From Candidatus Latescibacterota bacterium (lineage in GTDB: Bacteria > Latescibacterota > UBA2968 > GCA-2709665), in contig CBDDDZ010000004.1 in the NCBI GenBank assembly GCA_965226795.1, forward strand, positions 288,001-352,000: a stretch of DNA of 64,000 nt, written 5' to 3'. The position numbers were made by a program, and so were the translations under genes. How positions within the stretch are numbered: the stretch's first letter is position 1; the number at the start of each line of letters is the position of its first letter. Below the pieces are notes generated by a model. It did no database searches. It saw only the letters and a list, made by a program, of their open reading frames with translations, and was not told where the DNA came from. Positions 1-9,071 of this stretch are shown in pieces.

Positions 1-1378
1 GGCGTTCCTCATGAAACTCGACCACGTCGGGGGGAATGGGCACTCCGGCCGGGTCCAGGAAACGCAGATAACCGTCCGCGTCTCGGGCGGGCAGTACGCG
101 GCTCTTCACAAACCGGTTGGGCGACCAGGGCACGTCCAGCAGGCCGGCTTCGAAGGCTCGCACGCTGCCGATTGCGACGTCGCCGTCTCCCATTTCCAAC
201 ACCCTGTCGACCACGGGACGAACTTCGCGCCGGACAAGGTCGATCTCCCGTTGAAACTCCGGCAGGCCGCTGATATCGATGTTGCGTGCGAGATAAACCG
301 CCATGCGGGCGGTTCGAAGTCCTTCGACATTGGCCTTCGGCGTGGGCAGCCCAAAGGCTTCGTGGGTGCTTTTGGTGGTCACGCTGACGGCGCCGCCAAT
401 TGCGGCCGCCATCCCGCCGTAGGCGATGAGTGCGGCACACTGCGCTTCATCCTGTGGCCAGGCGCCCATCCAGTGCAGGGAGATGACAGGTGTGAACACC
501 TCCGTGTACCCGCAACGAGCCAGATAATCCTGGCATAGTTGCGCGCATGCACGAATCGCGGCCGCGTCCTGGACCAGGTGCAGGGTCTGGCCAAGCTCCA
601 ACCCGTAGTTGCCAACACCCTGCGCCGCTGCAAGTAGAACATCGAGAACACAGATTGTGATGGCCAAAGAAGGCGGTATGTTGGTGCCGGTCAGGAACCC
701 GGGCTGGCGACGGTGCAGTTCGACGCCCCGTTCGAGATACAGCGCCGCAAGACGGTCCAGATACTGGTAGTTGCGGATCCCGTCTTCAATGGATAAATCC
801 TTCGTATATGACACATTATAGGCAATTCCCGACCCCAGATACCCGGTGTAGCCCGCCGCGAAGCCAATTTCGGACGTGAGCTTCGGCATTGCGGTTCCCG
901 ATAGTACAATAGCGGGTTTGTCTATGGCCTCGATCAGACGCCGACAGGAAGACACGCCGTAGTTGACAATGGGGAGTCCGTTCAGCATGGACCGGCCGGC
1001 CCGTTCCGATTCATCAATGCCCTTCTGCGCCAGTTCAAACTGCTCGTTGCGGGTATAACTGTCGGTCGTAGTGGGCACCACGTCGGCCAGCCCGTCGCGG
1101 TCGAGGCGCTGCATCAAATCAAGCTGCATGTCCAGGGTGCCGAACCCGCCCCGCGGTTGTGTCAGACACCGCCCGTGGGCCGCAGCCTGCCTCAGAACCC
1201 TGGCGAGTTGTTTGTGCCGCGGAAGGCTCCGGTGAAAGGCGACCGCATCGTCGAGGTCCACCTGCGAGCCGGTGGGCCAGCGGGCGAGGTTCTCCCGGCG
1301 CAGGTGGTGAAAGACGTCTTCCGGTATGGTTTTCTGGCTCAACGGAAGTTTGGTCGCGGCGTCTGTTGAGAGCGGCAT
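1..1378 (-). CDS. glmE: Glutamate/methylaspartate mutase epsilon (E) subunit, 3'-partial (runs off window start)
   Basis: Manual translation from ATG 1378: MPLSTDAATKLPL...RWPTGSQVDLDDAVAFH...QPRGGFG...TTDSYTRNEQF...SMLNGLPIVNYG, later HWMGAWPQDE...TKSTHEAFGLP...LDVPWSPN in the same frame; directly follows glmL. Absent from the ORF track because no stop lies in the window. Confidence 0.92.
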   Translation of the reverse strand, partial: MPLSTDAATKLPLSQKTIPEDVFHHLRRENLARWPTGSQVDLDDAVAFHRSLPRHKQLARVLRQAAAHGRCLTQPRGGFGTLDMQLDLMQRLDRDGLADVVPTTTDSYTRNEQFELAQKGIDESERAGRSMLNGLPIVNYGVSSCRRLIEAIDKPAIVLSGTAMPKLTSEIGFAAGYTGYLGSGIAYNVSYTKDLSIEDGIRNYQYLDRLAALYLERGVELHRRQPGFLTGTNIPPSLAITICVLDVLLAAAQGVGNYGLELGQTLHLVQDAAAIRACAQLCQDYLARCGYTEVFTPVISLHWMGAWPQDEAQCAALIAYGGMAAAIGGAVSVTTKSTHEAFGLPTPKANVEGLRTARMAVYLARNIDISGLPEFQREIDLVRREVRPVVDRVLEMGDGDVAIGSVRAFEAGLLDVPWSPNRFVKSRVLPARDADGYLRFLDPAGVPIPPDVVEFHEER

Positions 1379-1379
1379 G

Positions 1380-2792
1380 TTACACCTGCTGAGGTTCCCG
1401 TCCGGTGGGTCGGATTTGTGTGAGCGCGAGCGTAAGCGCGGCTTCAGGATCGGCCGCCGCCAGGAGCCCGCAGGCGTAAAGGACGTGATTCCGGTCCTGA
1501 AGCAACCGTGGCTTACAGGGTTTCAGCGAGAATGGATCGCCTGATTCCGCGAGAGCCATCTCCAGGATTTCATCCGGCTGTCCGGACGCGGCCAGCACCC
1601 CGCCCGTACCCACGACGGCGCTGACGTCTGTCAGGTCTTTGCCGCGCTGGACGACGACCGGTCCGCTAGCCGTATGGACGGTTTCGACCGTACCGGCATG
1701 CCGGCTCACGGCAATGCGTACCGCGGCACGGGCAAGGGCACGGTCGACCATCTGGTCCTCGATATCACCCGGCAACCGTGAGACGCACTTGTTAACGGCT
1801 CGGACGATTGATTCCACCCGGATGGCCGGCAGCCTGGCGTCGCAGGCGACGGCTTCCAGACCCGCGGCTTCCAGCACCGATAACGCACTGTAACGCATTC
1901 CCAGGTCGCCCTCGACCGTACGCTTGGCGTGGGGTTCAGGCAGGTGGTCCGCAGAAATGCTGCCGAGGGTGGACTCCCCCGAACAAATGGAATGGACATC
2001 GGTCGTCGCGCCGCCGACGTCGACCGCCACCAGTGTTCCCAGCCCCGGGCGCTGGCCGTCGCCGTCCGCGAGCAGCCGGGCGCCTTCCAGGACGGCGGCC
2101 GGCGTGGGCATCAGAACCAGATCGAACATTCCCTTGGCGCGATCGATTCCTTTTGCATGAACGATGCGCTTGATGAAGATCCGTCGGATTTCCTCGCGGG
2201 CGGGCTCGATATTCAGTACGCCGTACGACGGCATTACGTTTTCGGTTAACGCAACGGGCGTACCGGCGGCTGTAAACACGTCGTTTATGCCGGCGGCGGC
2301 GGACCGGTTTCCCGCGACTACCACCGGGCAGCGAATCGGAAGATTCGCCATTGTCCGCGCATTGGCGACGATGACCTCGCTGTTGCCGCCGTCAGTGCCG
2401 CCGGCCAGCAGGATGATGTCCGGCTCGAGGCGGGCGATTTTATCGGCATCCGCGCGGGTCAATTCATACGCGAACGCCTCGATCAATTTCGCGCCCGCCC
2501 CCAGTGCTGCCTGGCGCGCCGCCTCGGCGGTCAACTCGCGTACCAGGCCGACCGTCACCAGGCGGAGACCGCCGGCCGCGCTGCTGCAGGCCAACCTGTA
2601 GCGGAAACGCGGCGGTTTGCTCAGGCGCCGGTCCAGAACCTCGAGGGCCTCGGTGAATCCCTCTGTTACGTCGGTCTCGACCGTGGAGGGCGCCTGGTCG
2701 GATCCCAGGAGTCGGCCGTTGCTCAAATCGACGGCTCTCAACTTGGTATAGGTACTTCCGAAATCGATGAGCAGTGCCACCGCCTCGCTCAT
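1380..2792 (-). CDS. glmL: Glutamate mutase accessory/reactivating protein GlmL (MutL)
   Basis: IDFGSTYTK, CSSAAGGLR, LAGGTDGGN, VDVGGATTDVHS, KRTVEGDLGMR motifs; between S and E subunits. Confidence 0.93.
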   Translation of the reverse strand: MSEAVALLIDFGSTYTKLRAVDLSNGRLLGSDQAPSTVETDVTEGFTEALEVLDRRLSKPPRFRYRLACSSAAGGLRLVTVGLVRELTAEAARQAALGAGAKLIEAFAYELTRADADKIARLEPDIILLAGGTDGGNSEVIVANARTMANLPIRCPVVVAGNRSAAAGINDVFTAAGTPVALTENVMPSYGVLNIEPAREEIRRIFIKRIVHAKGIDRAKGMFDLVLMPTPAAVLEGARLLADGDGQRPGLGTLVAVDVGGATTDVHSICSGESTLGSISADHLPEPHAKRTVEGDLGMRYSALSVLEAAGLEAVACDARLPAIRVESIVRAVNKCVSRLPGDIEDQMVDRALARAAVRIAVSRHAGTVETVHTASGPVVVQRGKDLTDVSAVVGTGGVLAASGQPDEILEMALAESGDPFSLKPCKPRLLQDRNHVLYACGLLAAADPEAALTLALTQIRPTGREPQQV

Positions 2793-3238
2793 GGATGGTC
2801 CTTGAGATATCCGCCGGCGGGTGCCTCAAAGTCGCGTTCGAGCGCGGATATCACTTCATTCGTACGCGTTCCGGGAGGGAAAGCCCGGTCGAAGCCCATG
2901 TCCAGAAACCGGCTTTCCACGTCGCGCCAGTCCTGTTTGCCGACAACCAGGTTGCCGCCGACATAGATCAGAATCTCTCCGATACCAGCCTCGATACAGA
3001 TTTCGCGGAAACCGCGGCAGTCGAGTTCGCCCTGCCCGTACAACGAAGAAACCATGATGGCGTCGGCATCTGTTTCCACGGCCGCGTTGACGAACTCAAC
3101 CGGCGGCGTGAGCGCCCCAAGCGACACGACGTTGAATCCCGCCTTCTCCAGGGCCATGCTGAGAATACGGGTGCCCACGATGTGGCAATCCGATCCGATC
3201 ACGCCTGTAATCAATGTTCTCGACTCACTGGGCTGCAT
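2789..3238 (-). CDS. glmS: Methylaspartate/glutamate mutase sigma (S) subunit, cobalamin-binding
   Basis: DxHxxG B12-binding motif (SDCHIVG), SSLYGQG, YVGGNLVVGK; 149 aa. Confidence 0.93.
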   Translation of the reverse strand: MQPSESRTLITGVIGSDCHIVGTRILSMALEKAGFNVVSLGALTPPVEFVNAAVETDADAIMVSSLYGQGELDCRGFREICIEAGIGEILIYVGGNLVVGKQDWRDVESRFLDMGFDRAFPPGTRTNEVISALERDFEAPAGGYLKDHP

Positions 3239-3289
3239 CGCGCATTCAGTCTCTCTCCAGGAAGTCAGGTTGGCGCTAAGACGGGTGCT

Positions 3290-4501
3290 TCACCCATGCT
3301 GCTGCGCCCATCGGCGCACGACGCGGCTCAACTGCTGAAGGCGAACCCGCCCTGCCTGCGGATACACCGGAAGGAACAGCAGTTGCCGTTGCAGGACATC
3401 CACGCAGACTGGCAACTTGCCCGGCAGATCCCGATCGGGCCGAACCACGCAAAGCGACGGCGGCCACAGATGTCCGTCCAGGCCGGCATCCCAGAGCCGC
3501 CGGCACAGGTCCGCGGCATTGCCCACACGGACGACGAAGAGCCAATAGGTGTGTTCCGCCCCGTTGCCCGGGTAGCAGAGGTCCGGAACGCTGCGGTGAA
3601 ACGCCATGGCCTCAGGCCGGCTGCCGGTCCGCTCCAGAGCGTTGGAGCGCAAACGCCTCGACAATAAGGACAGAAGGGCGCCGCAGGGCTGACGGCGGAT
3701 TTTTTCGAGCAGTTCCACTCCCCGGAAACCGCGTGTGGCGCGGTAACTCACCGTATCGTGGGACCTGCCCAACAGGCGGCACGCGGCGCACAGAAGGGTA
3801 TAGGGTCCAGGCCTGTTGAGCAGGAGAACGACGCCGTATTTCGCCAGGCGCACGAAGAAACGGCCTTTGCTCTGTACCGGATAGTCGTTATGCAGCCGCC
3901 GAACTCTGTCTCGCAGGACGGGATCGCCCACAAAAAGAAGACCGCCACCCAAAGCGGTATTGTACTTGATAGGGCCGAAACTGAACATGCGCACGTGACT
4001 GCCCGGGTGGCCTGTAAAGCCGTCACCCCAGAACGCTTGGGCGCAGTCTTCCAACAGCACCAGGCCGTGACGCCTTGCGAAGCTTACGAGGGGATCCATG
4101 GGGATGCGGGCGCCGAACAAATGGGTCGCCAGCAGAGCAACGGTCCTGTGCGTGAGTCCGTTCTTCAGGCTTGTCGGATCCGGTTGAAGCGTCAGTGGAT
4201 CCAGATCGACCGGCACGGGCACGAGACCGTGGCTGCGGATGATTTCGAGCATGTCGGGAATGGTGATGGCAGACACCAGAACGTGCGACCCGCGCGGAAA
4301 ACGGGCGGCCTGGAAATAGGCATCGAATCCGCTGCGAAGCGAGAGAAAAAACAGGGCGCTGTCGGAATCGCCGGTGCTCTCCCGGCAGGCGGCATGGGCT
4401 TCGGCACGTCTGTCCTGCGCCAGGCATTGGCCCATCCCGAAAAGGAGATCGCGCCAGCCGATATCCAATCTTTTTCGAGGAATCATGGTCGATTCACTCA
4501 T
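3290..4501 (-). CDS. DegT/DnrJ/EryC1/StrS family PLP-dependent aminotransferase
   Basis: THLFG, LEDCAQA, SFGPIKYNTALGGG (PLP lysine). Confidence 0.85.
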   Translation of the reverse strand: MSESTMIPRKRLDIGWRDLLFGMGQCLAQDRRAEAHAACRESTGDSDSALFFLSLRSGFDAYFQAARFPRGSHVLVSAITIPDMLEIIRSHGLVPVPVDLDPLTLQPDPTSLKNGLTHRTVALLATHLFGARIPMDPLVSFARRHGLVLLEDCAQAFWGDGFTGHPGSHVRMFSFGPIKYNTALGGGLLFVGDPVLRDRVRRLHNDYPVQSKGRFFVRLAKYGVVLLLNRPGPYTLLCAACRLLGRSHDTVSYRATRGFRGVELLEKIRRQPCGALLSLLSRRLRSNALERTGSRPEAMAFHRSVPDLCYPGNGAEHTYWLFVVRVGNAADLCRRLWDAGLDGHLWPPSLCVVRPDRDLPGKLPVCVDVLQRQLLFLPVYPQAGRVRLQQLSRVVRRWAQQHG

Positions 4502-4732
4502 TCGCCGGCGCAGCCGGGGACGATGGGCTCAAACAGGGGAACCGACTCCGCATGGGGCGAAGGCCTTTTCGGGTTCTGCCTGATCTTCCGGCCCCGATAA
4601 TTCAAACATCCACAATGCCCACGTATTTACATCCGGATTCCCTCCAAAATACCCATATCCTGTTGCTAACTGCAACACATTAATTGACTTCGATATTGCA
4701 ATGCAGGGATGCCGACGGGCGCCATTGCCGAC

Positions 4733-4840
4733 CCGGAAACTTCGATCGAAAGCGCGCATTTCTTCCGGCGCGTCTGCTCGTCCCTTGAGAATGATTGTAA
4801 ACAATGGCCCTGTCGAGAGCATTTCCTCGGGTTCCACCAT
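4733..4840 (-). pseudogene. Remnant of the 5' end of a hlyD-like gene
   Basis: MVEPEEMLSTGPLFTIILKGRADAPEEMRAFDRSFR aligns with the HlyD N-terminus MAEPRLTKPSAAATPVILPGRDDGAEEMQAFVGSLR; 30/38 nt identity between 4829-4866 and 10457-10494. Confidence 0.6.
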
Positions 4841-5667
4841 CAGACAGGCGCACGGTCAGCCGGCGGTCCGACCGGCTCGCCCCCGCGTTTTGCCATCTGA
4901 TGGAACCATCGCAAACCGACCACGGCCAGGACAATACCGCACGCAAATAGCCACCATGGAAGGAATACCACGACATCCCAATCTTCCATGGGGCCGAATA
5001 TTTCCAGACGCGCGGTTGTCATTGCCAAAAAATTGTTCAGCGCGTGTCCAAATAGTGCGGGCAGCAAGGAGCCCGATTGAACGACCCACCAGGCAAATAC
5101 GAGCCCCAACATCAGTGCTGCGGGGAATTGCCATGGATTCATATGTACTACAGCGAACAGGACCGCCGACCAGAAAATGGCGCGACTCTGAGTGCAGTGG
5201 GCCAGCAAGCCACCGAGAATAACGCCTCTGAAGAAGATCTCCTCGGTAAGAGGCGCCTGAATCGCAAGGTTATAAAATGCGAAAGCATAAGGTGTTTCTC
5301 TCCCCATTAGGTCACGAAATATGTCAAGTGTTCCTTCTGGAACTGGAATCAGGTACTGAACAAAGTTTGCAAGGTTGAATAGAATGATGCCCAATCCGAC
5401 AATGGATACCGTAAAGGGCAGATACATTTGCCAGGGTACGGTCCTGAAGAGCAGGATATCGGACCATGGCCGACCGGATCGACGTTTAGCGTATAGCACA
5501 AACAGAGCAAACACGGGTAAATATGAAATCCATCCCAAATAAACAAAGATTCGCGTTGCCTGGCCTGATGCGACACCGAGGAAATGAAGCGCCAACCCCG
5601 ATGCGTTAATTGCCAATACAAGCAGAACCACCAGCCACACGGATTGCTTCAGATTCGGATACGTCAT
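4840..5667 (-). CDS. CPBP/Abi (CAAX-like) intramembrane metalloprotease, copy A
   Basis: EEIFFRG, FAVVH, GHALNN motifs; multi-TM; 275 aa. Confidence 0.92.
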   Translation of the reverse strand: MTYPNLKQSVWLVVLLVLAINASGLALHFLGVASGQATRIFVYLGWISYLPVFALFVLYAKRRSGRPWSDILLFRTVPWQMYLPFTVSIVGLGIILFNLANFVQYLIPVPEGTLDIFRDLMGRETPYAFAFYNLAIQAPLTEEIFFRGVILGGLLAHCTQSRAIFWSAVLFAVVHMNPWQFPAALMLGLVFAWWVVQSGSLLPALFGHALNNFLAMTTARLEIFGPMEDWDVVVFLPWWLFACGIVLAVVGLRWFHQMAKRGGEPVGPPADRAPV

Positions 5668-5820
5668 GCAACTCCTCCCATTCTTGGCATTCAGATGTCA
5701 GCAGGTACATTGCCCCGCATCCCCGGGGCCCGGTCCAGGTTGAATGCCACTCTTCCTTTCGGATTCAATCTTCCTGCATCAGCCGATTGTACCTCTTATA
5801 ATGCGAACCACGAAGTGCTC

Positions 5821-6648
5821 TTAGACACGCTCCCGGTCTGGCGGAGTGTTGACCTGTTCGCCTCTGTTTTTTGCGATCTGACTGAACCACCACAATCCGA
5901 TCAGAGCCAGGATAACGCCACATGCAAATAGCCACCATGGAAGGAATACCACGACATCCCAATCTTCCATAGGGCCGAATAATTCCAGACGCGCGGTTGT
6001 CACCGCCAGAAAATTGTTCAGCGCGTGTCCAAATAGTGCGGGCAGCAAGGAGCCCGATTGAACGACCCACCAGGCGAATACGAGCCCCAATATCAGGGCT
6101 CCGGGGAATTGCCATGGATTCATATGCACTACCGCGAACAGGAATGCCGACCAGAAAATGGCGCGACTCTGAGTGCAATGGGCCAAAAGACCACCCAGAA
6201 TAACGCCTCTGAAGAAGACCTCCTCGGTAAGAGGCGCCTGAATCGCAACGTTATAAAATGCGAAAGCATAAGGTGTTTCTCTCCCCATCAGATTACGAAA
6301 TATGTCGAGAATTCTTTCGGGAATTGGAATCAGGTACTGAATGAAGTTTGCAAGGTTGAAGATAATGATGGCCAATCCGACAATGGATACCGTAAGGGGC
6401 AGATACATTTTCCAGGGCACGGTCCTGAAAAGCAGGATATCGGACCATGGCCGACCGGATCGACGTTTAGCGTATAGCACAAGCAGAGCGAAAACGGGCA
6501 AGCATGAGATCCAAATTACATAATCAATGAGTCGCGGTGTTTGCCCTAGCGTGACATCCATAAAAGCCAACGCCGACCCCAATACGATATCGATAAACAC
6601 CATAATAACCACCAGCCAAATGGATTGCTTCAGATTCGGGTACGCCAT
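5821..6648 (-). CDS. CPBP/Abi intramembrane metalloprotease, copy B
   Basis: Start MAYPNLKQ after GGGAGGAAA RBS; EEVFFRG, FAVVH, GHALNN; 275 aa. Confidence 0.92.
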   Translation of the reverse strand: MAYPNLKQSIWLVVIMVFIDIVLGSALAFMDVTLGQTPRLIDYVIWISCLPVFALLVLYAKRRSGRPWSDILLFRTVPWKMYLPLTVSIVGLAIIIFNLANFIQYLIPIPERILDIFRNLMGRETPYAFAFYNVAIQAPLTEEVFFRGVILGGLLAHCTQSRAIFWSAFLFAVVHMNPWQFPGALILGLVFAWWVVQSGSLLPALFGHALNNFLAVTTARLELFGPMEDWDVVVFLPWWLFACGVILALIGLWWFSQIAKNRGEQVNTPPDRERV

Positions 6649-6801
6649 GTATTTCCTCCCGTTTAAACGATCAGATGTGAGCACATCCAACAATTCGCAT
6701 CCCCGGGGCCCGGTCCAGGTTGAATGCCACTCTTCCTTTCGGATTCAATCTTCATGCATCAGCTGATTGTACATCTGATATTGGATACCAGAGCAGTGCC
6801 C

Positions 6802-7629
6802 TTAGACAAGCTCCCGGTCTGCTAGCGTTTCGACCTGCTCGCCTCTGCTTTTTGCCATCTCATTGAACCACCACAATCCAATCAGGGCCAGAAGAATGCC
6901 ACATACATGCAGCCACCACGGAAGCAACATCACGGCATTGAAATCATCCACGGGTCCGAAAATTTCCAGATGCGCAACGGTAACTATCAGAAAATTGTTC
7001 AGCGCGTGTCCCACGATCGCGGGCAGCAGAGAGCCAGTTTGGACGACCCACCATGCGAATACGAGTCCCAATATCAAGGCCGTGGGAAATTGCCATGGGT
7101 TCATATGAAATATAGCGAACAGGCACGCCGACCAGACAATGGCCTGATTCCGCGTTCGGTGGGCCAACAAACCACCCAGTATAACGCTTCTGAAGAGGAC
7201 TTCCTTAATCAATGGCGCCTGAACCACCATGACATAAAATGTGAACGGGTAGGACTTCTCCTTCCCTGCCAGATCCCCGAATACGTTGAGCATTATTTCG
7301 GGCACCGGTATCAGGTGCCGCAACAGGTTTCCCAGGTCCGAGCCAACGATTGCCAGTCCAACAATGGACACGCCGAGCGGCATGTAGAATTGCCACGAAA
7401 CCCGCTCAAAAAGCAGGATCTCGCGCCAGGTCCGATCTGCTCTACGCTTTGCGTAGATTACCGTCAAAACGAAACCGGCTAATATCAAGAGCTGGATTTC
7501 GTGTGGACTGTGTTGTAAAGACCGGTCGAAGATGAGACCCAGGATAGCGATCGGCACCCCCAGTACCACGCTGATCAGGAAAAACAATATCAGGAGCCAC
7601 ACGGATTGCTTCAGATTCGGATACGCCAT
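6802..7629 (-). CDS. CPBP/Abi family protein, copy C (first catalytic Glu replaced by Lys)
   Basis: Start MAYPNLKQ after GGGAGGAAA RBS; KEVLFRS instead of EExxFRG; FAIFH, GHALNN; 275 aa. Confidence 0.9.
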   Translation of the reverse strand: MAYPNLKQSVWLLILFFLISVVLGVPIAILGLIFDRSLQHSPHEIQLLILAGFVLTVIYAKRRADRTWREILLFERVSWQFYMPLGVSIVGLAIVGSDLGNLLRHLIPVPEIMLNVFGDLAGKEKSYPFTFYVMVVQAPLIKEVLFRSVILGGLLAHRTRNQAIVWSACLFAIFHMNPWQFPTALILGLVFAWWVVQTGSLLPAIVGHALNNFLIVTVAHLEIFGPVDDFNAVMLLPWWLHVCGILLALIGLWWFNEMAKSRGEQVETLADRELV

Positions 7630-8255
7630 GTATTTCCTCCCATTTAAACGATCAGATGTGAACACATCCAACAATTCGCATACCAGTGGGGGCGCGGCCC
7701 AGGAAAAATGCCTTTTCTTCGTTGTGGATCTAAACCACCTGCAACTGTTGACTGCACAGGTGATAGTAAGGACCGCGCCGCCACGTCGGTTCACCGAACG
7801 TGCCGAAACGGGCACAAAAAAATCCCGCTCCATCCCCTCGCCATTCAGTGATGAACTTTCCGGCGGCACCCCGATTAAAGGGTGCCGGGCAGTGTCACCA
7901 CTCACGCAGCTTTGAGGATGCGGGAAGGTCCTACGTATTCACCGGGGACAAGGGAGCTACCCTTGCCACTGAATGTCGGCTATTGTATTCGGTAGGCTAC
8001 CCGACATACGGGTACTGCCTGAGTGGTGACAACCGGAATATAGAATCCGCGATTTGGAAAGACAAGCGTTAATTCAGGATGAGACTGAAGAAGGCGATCG
8101 GTCGGCAGCGAGGTGTTGCGCTTATTCGAAGCGTGCCATTATGATGGCGTCTGTCTGCGATTAAGCCCTTCTGCTGATAAGCGGAAGTTGTACCTCGAGG
8201 GCTGAACTGTGGCCATTGGTGCAGCACTCAGTGACTCGCCTCTGCCTGGTGTGCA

Positions 8256-9071
8256 TCACATTCTCTGCTTCCCGGCCTCCCAGATCGGATAGCGTATGTC
8301 CGCCCGCTGCAATTCCCTTTGAAGCCACTGGCTGAATAATGTGTCGCGAATCTCGCTTCGAACGCGGTCGTCCAGCGTGGCCGGATAGGTTTGCTGCAGC
8401 ATGAATAGCGCGAACCCGCCCGACGCCTTTTCGGGTCCGAATATCTCCCCCGGCGAGGCGGCGAAAACCCGCGCCGCGATTCCCTTCGGCAACAGCTTGC
8501 GCCGCACGCGCCCCATAAACCCGCCTGCCGGGCGCGTCCGCTCATCTTGCGAAAATTCGCGGGCCATCGCGCAAAAATCCGCGCCGTCTTCCCGCGTCTG
8601 AAGCGCAATCTCCTCGATAATGCCTCTGTCCGGGTGGAAGATCCGGCAGACCTCCGCCTCGTCGAAATCCAGCGTGTTTTGCGCGAAATAGCGTTCGATT
8701 TCTCCTTCGGCTATTTTTTCACACAGCAGGCGCTCCAACAGCCTGGCTTCGGCTTCCGCCGCAACGTCTCCGAGAGTAATACCTCGCGATACGAGCCAGG
8801 CTTCCGTGTCTTCCACCCTTTCCAGGCGATGTCGATATCGCCAATCGTCCACGTCACGCTGAATGTCTTCGGACGTCGTGTGAACACCTTCCCGGACGGC
8901 AAGCTGCCGAACCAGTTCTCTGCGTGCGAATTCACCGAAAAAATCGAGTTTGTCGGCAGCGCCCAGCTGACGTACGACCTGTTTGAGTGACACGTCAATG
9001 CCATTCACCCGGACCAGCGTTATTTCAACGGCCGTGGTTTCGGTTTCGCCTTCCTCCGGATGCCGCATCAC
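8256..9071 (-). CDS. PpiC/parvulin-like peptidyl-prolyl isomerase-domain protein of a peptide export system
   Basis: ADFCAMAREFSQDERTRPAGGFMG, VFAASPGEIFGP rotamase-like motifs; coupled to hlyD. Confidence 0.82.
   Translation of the reverse strand: MMRHPEEGETETTAVEITLVRVNGIDVSLKQVVRQLGAADKLDFFGEFARRELVRQLAVREGVHTTSEDIQRDVDDWRYRHRLERVEDTEAWLVSRGITLGDVAAEAEARLLERLLCEKIAEGEIERYFAQNTLDFDEAEVCRIFHPDRGIIEEIALQTREDGADFCAMAREFSQDERTRPAGGFMGRVRRKLLPKGIAARVFAASPGEIFGPEKASGGFALFMLQQTYPATLDDRVRSEIRDTLFSQWLQRELQRADIRYPIWEAGKQRM

Larger units (their letters stand above)
4840..7681. repeat. Tandem triplication of an 828-bp CPBP gene + 153-bp spacer (981-bp period)
   Basis: Gene stops at 4840/5821/6802 and starts at 5667/6648/7629; 58-bp identical spacer segment at 5716-5773 and 6696-6753; near-identical ~70 bp at 6630-6700 and 7611-7681. 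Confidence 0.9.

Noticed and set aside
5716..6776. CRISPR-like or ncRNA repeats
   Set aside because: Only two copies ~1 kb apart, explained by the CPBP gene triplication; no CRISPR array or cas gene was seen in the window.
7690..8230. Possible riboswitch (GGGAAGG and GCCACTG fragments, GGCACCC/GGGTGCC hairpin, T-run)
   Set aside because: The cobalamin-riboswitch motifs are in the wrong order and no full consensus is recognisable; an Rfam scan would be needed.
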